Part shown: in pieces, positions 60,561 to 64,000 of the stretch
Position numbering within the stretch: the first letter of the stretch is position 1
How the letters are laid out: each line of letters begins with the position of its first letter
Assembly (NCBI GenBank): GCA_964351865.1
Contig: CAYGPJ010000008.1
Coordinates: 34,853 to 98,852, forward strand
Direction of reading: 5' to 3'
Length of the DNA: 64,000 nucleotides
Source of the DNA: an uncultured Blastochloridaceae bacterium
GTDB taxonomy: Bacteria > Verrucomicrobiota > Verrucomicrobiia > Methylacidiphilales > JBCBYL01
Notes under the pieces: generated by a model
What the model was told of the DNA's origin: nothing
Database searches by the model: none
The model's input: the letters and a program-made list of their open reading frames with translations, nothing else
Position numbers and translations under genes: made by a program

Positions 60561-60617
60561 GGAAATGAGGGGGCTTGTCGCATAAACTCTTAAATGAGCC
60601 CCGTTCATCTGTGGCGC

Positions 60618-61502
60618 CTAATTCTTACGATCCAGCATGTAGGCGGCGATCTGGCGCAGTCGGTCTGCCTTGCGGCCGAGCGGTTTGAGTGCCAGATCCG
60701 CCTGGCGGGTATAGCGCTGCGCTTCTGCTTGTGCCTTTTTCATACCGAGAATCGCCGGGTAGGTGGCTTTTTCCGCCGCAATGTCTTTTCCGGCGCTTTT
60801 ACCTAATTGTTCACTGGTTTGGGTAATGTCCAGGATGTCGTCGATCACCTGAAAGGCCAGGCCGAGCGAGTAGCCAAATTGACTGACCGCGGCGAGTTGC
60901 TTGGGGGTGGCGTTGGAAACCATGGCGCCGAGACGTAATGAGGTGACGATGAGTGCCGCGGTTTTACACTCGTGAATGTATTTGAGTTCTTTGGGGGTAA
61001 TTTTTTTACCTTCGCACTGCAGGTCCACCACCTGACCGGCAATCATTCCCAGACTGCCGGATCCATGGGCGACTTCCTGCACATAATCGGCTGCACTGTA
61101 ACGTTTGTTGGACTGCGCCCGGGCCGAGAGCTCGAAGGCAATGGTCAGCAGGGCATCGCCCGTGAGCACGGCCATGCCTTCGCCGTAAACTTTATGCGAA
61201 GTGGGTTTCCCACGGCGGAGATCGTCGTCATCCATGCAGGGCAGATCATCATGAATCAGGGAGTAAGTGTGAATACATTCAACGGCAGCGGCCAGCGGCA
61301 TGGCTTCGGCGGGTTTGCCGCCCAGTGCTTCGGCGGCAGCGATGACGAGAATCGGACGCAGACGCTTGCCTCCGGCAAAAAGACTGTAGCGCATCGCTTC
61401 ATGTATGAGCGCGGGCTTCTTTTTAGCTGAAGGAATCAGTTTATCGAGGCTGCGTTCAAATTGCTGTTGTCTGGTTTGCCAGTATCCCTTGAGATCATCC
61501 AC
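60618..61502 (-). CDS. ispA: polyprenyl diphosphate synthase (FPP/GGPP synthase type)
   Basis: 294 aa. First Asp-rich motif LIHDDLPCMDDDDLRRGKPT and second Asp-rich motif FQVIDDILD. Confidence 0.8.
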   Translation of the reverse strand: MDDLKGYWQTRQQQFERSLDKLIPSAKKKPALIHEAMRYSLFAGGKRLRPILVIAAAEALGGKPAEAMPLAAAVECIHTYSLIHDDLPCMDDDDLRRGKPTSHKVYGEGMAVLTGDALLTIAFELSARAQSNKRYSAADYVQEVAHGSGSLGMIAGQVVDLQCEGKKITPKELKYIHECKTAALIVTSLRLGAMVSNATPKQLAAVSQFGYSLGLAFQVIDDILDITQTSEQLGKSAGKDIAAEKATYPAILGMKKAQAEAQRYTRQADLALKPLGRKADRLRQIAAYMLDRKN

Positions 61503-61593
61503 GATTTTTTTTTAAGGGTTGTCGCAGGCTTGGCAAGCTTCGAGTCTGGGATTGTTTTTAGCTGAAACGGCGGGTAGCCTGTTCGTTCAATCC

Positions 61594-62919
61594 ATGAAAG
61601 CAGTAATCGCACTCATCGTCTTCACCCTCAGCGGGCTGGTACTTCTGCCGGCTGCTGCGGTGACGGAGAAAAACGACGTGGTGCGGGTGTACCGGTTGCA
61701 AAGCGACCGCTTCCCGATTGAAGTGACCAGTCGGGATGGTGGGATGAATCGCTGGCTGCTGGATGTGACCGAAGATGCGCTGCGTGATTTTACCCGCACG
61801 CTGGAGCTTGATGAGCTTCCCTTTTCTCAATTAAATATTCGCTGGCGTCCGGGCAATGCGGAAGGGCAGCTGTCTTTTCCGCGGTCGGTGATACTGCAAG
61901 CGGGCATGCCGGAGGTGGATATTGATTTTACCGGAGCTAATCGCGCACAAACCGTGGCCATCAAGCGCACCCTGATGGTGGCGTGGTTGCAGGCGCATAT
62001 CTGGCAAGGGGAGGATGCGATACTGACAGGAATCCTGCCGGAACCTCCACTCTGGCTCAGTGAGGGATTGCTGTGGGAATCGGAACGTTATCAGCATGAT
62101 GAGTGGAGTCAGGTAGTGAACAAAGCCTCACGCAACGGAATCGTGCCCTCTTTGCAAACGATCCAAGGCTGGAGTGAACTTTCAGATCTGACACTGGAGC
62201 GGATGTGGCAGCAGGCCTTCAGTTATTGCCTGACTCGCAAGGCCCTGCAGAGCGCCAGTGAGAAAGCAGCTGTGCTCTACTGGCTGAAAAAGCATCAAAA
62301 ACACGCGGCAACCGCTTTCTGGGAAAACTCACCGGAGGTGGAAGGCTGGTGGCAGGAAGTGGCTGCCAGGCCGATGCAGAAAAAAATTCCGATCCTGACC
62401 TGGGATCAGACGGTGGCTAAGCTGAATGAACTGCGACACCTTTCCTTGCGGTTGGCGGATGGTGAGCGCAAAATGTTTTTCATTGAGAATCTGCCGGCAG
62501 CCATCGAGTTGGATCCGAGCGATGCGTCGATGAATGAATACGTTAGACAGATGGACCTGTTAGCACTCTCCGCGCACTACGCATTGAACCCCGCGATCAT
62601 TCGCTATCGGAATGCACTCGAGCTCTGGCGACCGCGGGCACAGAAAAAAAAGAAGGAGCAGGAAAAGGATTATCAACAGTATCAGGAACTGGTGCAGGAG
62701 GCGCGACAATGGGAAGATTGGGCCACGACCCGTAAGCAGGCCGCTAAGGATGCGCTCGACTGGTCGGTGGTGAACCTCGACGTGAATCAACTTGCGGTTG
62801 ATGAGGATGGCAGCGTGAGTGGCAGCGGCTTGACCGATTATGCCGTGGTGGTGCGCCAGTTGGAAAATGAAAGGTTGCGGGTGAGAAGAAAATTTCAAAA
62901 GGAGATATTTGCAAAATGA
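61594..62919 (+). CDS. hypothetical secreted protein
   Basis: 441 aa from ATG 61594 (MKAVIALIVFTLSGLVLLPAAAV is a signal peptide). No motif was recognised. The C-terminal part is charged (KKKKEQEKDYQQYQELVQEARQWEDW). Confidence 0.55.
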   Translation: MKAVIALIVFTLSGLVLLPAAAVTEKNDVVRVYRLQSDRFPIEVTSRDGGMNRWLLDVTEDALRDFTRTLELDELPFSQLNIRWRPGNAEGQLSFPRSVILQAGMPEVDIDFTGANRAQTVAIKRTLMVAWLQAHIWQGEDAILTGILPEPPLWLSEGLLWESERYQHDEWSQVVNKASRNGIVPSLQTIQGWSELSDLTLERMWQQAFSYCLTRKALQSASEKAAVLYWLKKHQKHAATAFWENSPEVEGWWQEVAARPMQKKIPILTWDQTVAKLNELRHLSLRLADGERKMFFIENLPAAIELDPSDASMNEYVRQMDLLALSAHYALNPAIIRYRNALELWRPRAQKKKKEQEKDYQQYQELVQEARQWEDWATTRKQAAKDALDWSVVNLDVNQLAVDEDGSVSGSGLTDYAVVVRQLENERLRVRRKFQKEIFAK

Positions 62920-63923
62920 GCAGTGAACCAAAATCATCCGGGGCTGAGCCACAGACCGTATGGGTAACCGGCGGGGCCGGATATATCGGCAGTAATTGTG
63001 TCGAGCTTTTGCTCGACCGCGGCATGAAGGTGGTGGTCTATGATAATCTGAGTGAAGGCCACCGCTCGGCGGTGGATCAGCGCGCAACCTTTATTGAAGG
63101 GGATTTACAGGATGCCGCATTGCTCAGCCAATCCATGTGTAAACACCGACCGGATGCTGTCATGCATTTTGCGGCCAATGCGCTGGTGGGTGAATCCATG
63201 GAAAATCCGATGAAGTATTTCCGTAATAACGTAGGTGGGGGCATGAATCTGATTCAGGCCATGCTGGATGCGGATGTGAAGCGGATTATTTTCTCCTCTA
63301 CCTGTGCCAGTTACGGCATCCCGGATGAAATTCCGATCCATGAGGGACTGCCGCAGCGGCCGGTGAATCCCTATGGTCGATCCAAATTGATGTTTGAAGA
63401 GATGCTGCACTGGTTTTCAGAAATCCATGACATCGTCTATGTGAACTTACGCTATTTTAATGCGGCCGGTGCTTCCGAAAAGTTCGGAGAACATCACCGG
63501 ATCGAAACACACCTGATTCCCAATGTGATTTTTACGGCCCAGGGTAAAAATCCTACAGTGTCGATATTCGGTACGGATTACCCGACACCTGACGGCACCT
63601 GTATCCGCGATTACATTCACATTCGCGATCTGGCGCAAGCCCATGCGTTGGCGTTAAAAGTGCAGCAGAGCGACAGCTTTAATCTCGGGACGGGGCAGGG
63701 GAATTCGGTGCGCGAGGTGATTGATACCGTCAAGCGCGTCAGCGGTAAGGAGGTGCCGGTGGAAGAGCACCCTCGGCGTCCCGGCGACCCCCCCCGCCTG
63801 ATTGCCGATGCTACCAAAGCCCGCGAGGTGCTGGGATGGCAACCACAGCATCAGAATTTGGATGCCATTATTGAGAGTGCCTGGGCGTGGCATGAGAAGT
63901 ATCCTGACGGCTATCCGGATTAA
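62916..63923 (+). CDS. galE: UDP-glucose 4-epimerase
   Basis: 335 aa. VTGGAGYIGS Rossmann motif, SSTCASYG and catalytic YGRSK. Confidence 0.88.
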   Translation: MSSEPKSSGAEPQTVWVTGGAGYIGSNCVELLLDRGMKVVVYDNLSEGHRSAVDQRATFIEGDLQDAALLSQSMCKHRPDAVMHFAANALVGESMENPMKYFRNNVGGGMNLIQAMLDADVKRIIFSSTCASYGIPDEIPIHEGLPQRPVNPYGRSKLMFEEMLHWFSEIHDIVYVNLRYFNAAGASEKFGEHHRIETHLIPNVIFTAQGKNPTVSIFGTDYPTPDGTCIRDYIHIRDLAQAHALALKVQQSDSFNLGTGQGNSVREVIDTVKRVSGKEVPVEEHPRRPGDPPRLIADATKAREVLGWQPQHQNLDAIIESAWAWHEKYPDGYPD

Positions 63924-63939
63924 AGGAGGATTACCTGAG

Positions 63940-64000
63940 ACTGTAGGCCGAGATTGCATCTCGGCGGGTCAACGAATGCCGAGATGCAAGCTCGGCCTAC
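63940..64000. repeat. inverted pair of GTAGGCCGAGAT hairpin units (REP-like), truncated by the window edge
   Basis: ctgtaggccgagattgcatctcggc ... gccgagatgcaagctcggcctac. These are the same units as at 1547, 8345 and 28958. They lie just 3' of galE. Confidence 0.75.

Overview
This window is mostly core chromosome of a PVC-type bacterium, most likely Verrucomicrobiota. That assignment is an inference from a Chlamydia-style long GreA, the EF-Tu and ribosomal protein sequences, and many low-complexity tails on ribosomal proteins.

Gene content from left to right:
- tRNA-Leu and asd.
- Two small envelope ORFs, a YacP-like gene and a phosphoesterase.
- An envelope-glycan cluster at 3.7-9.4 kb with GT4, GT9, three methyltransferase-fold genes and another GT.
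- A long greA, eno, an ftsB-like gene, a wza-like exporter and mdh.
- The classical translation and transcription block: tRNA-Thr, tuf, tRNA-Trp, secE, nusG, rplKAJL and rpoBC.
- A 1.85-kb break holding repeat elements and one minus-strand HD/PDE-like gene.
- A fused str-S10-spc-alpha super-operon from rpsL to rplQ (30.6-48.5 kb).
- A repeat-rich gap, a secreted protein, an M29 aminopeptidase and rpiB.
- On the minus strand, nusA-infB-rbfA plus an FAD oxidoreductase.
- lpxI, a Gfo/Idh/MocA oxidoreductase and lpxB.
- A coiled-coil ORF, a MITE, a polyprenyl synthase, a hypothetical secreted protein and galE.

I saw no rRNA genes, CRISPR arrays, transposase genes or recognisable defence or toxin systems.

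The observations I rate highest are:
1. A non-ribosomal, signal-peptide-bearing coiled-coil ORF sits with 6-nt gaps between rpsS and rplV inside the S10 operon. Its C-terminal domain is shared with a second ORF at 1859-2692.
2. A class-I-PDE-like HD protein lies between rpoC and rpsL.
3. There are two families of short non-autonomous repeats. One is a CTAG-ended palindromic element built around GTAGGCCGAGATTGCATCTCGGC. The other is a 270-bp MITE with 24-bp terminal inverted repeats and a 9-bp target duplication.
4. Intrinsic-terminator-like hairpins lie in the leaders of the rpsL and nusA operons.
5. A duplicated tRNA-Leu 3' end is present.

All functional calls rest on motif and architecture recognition by eye. 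No database search was run.
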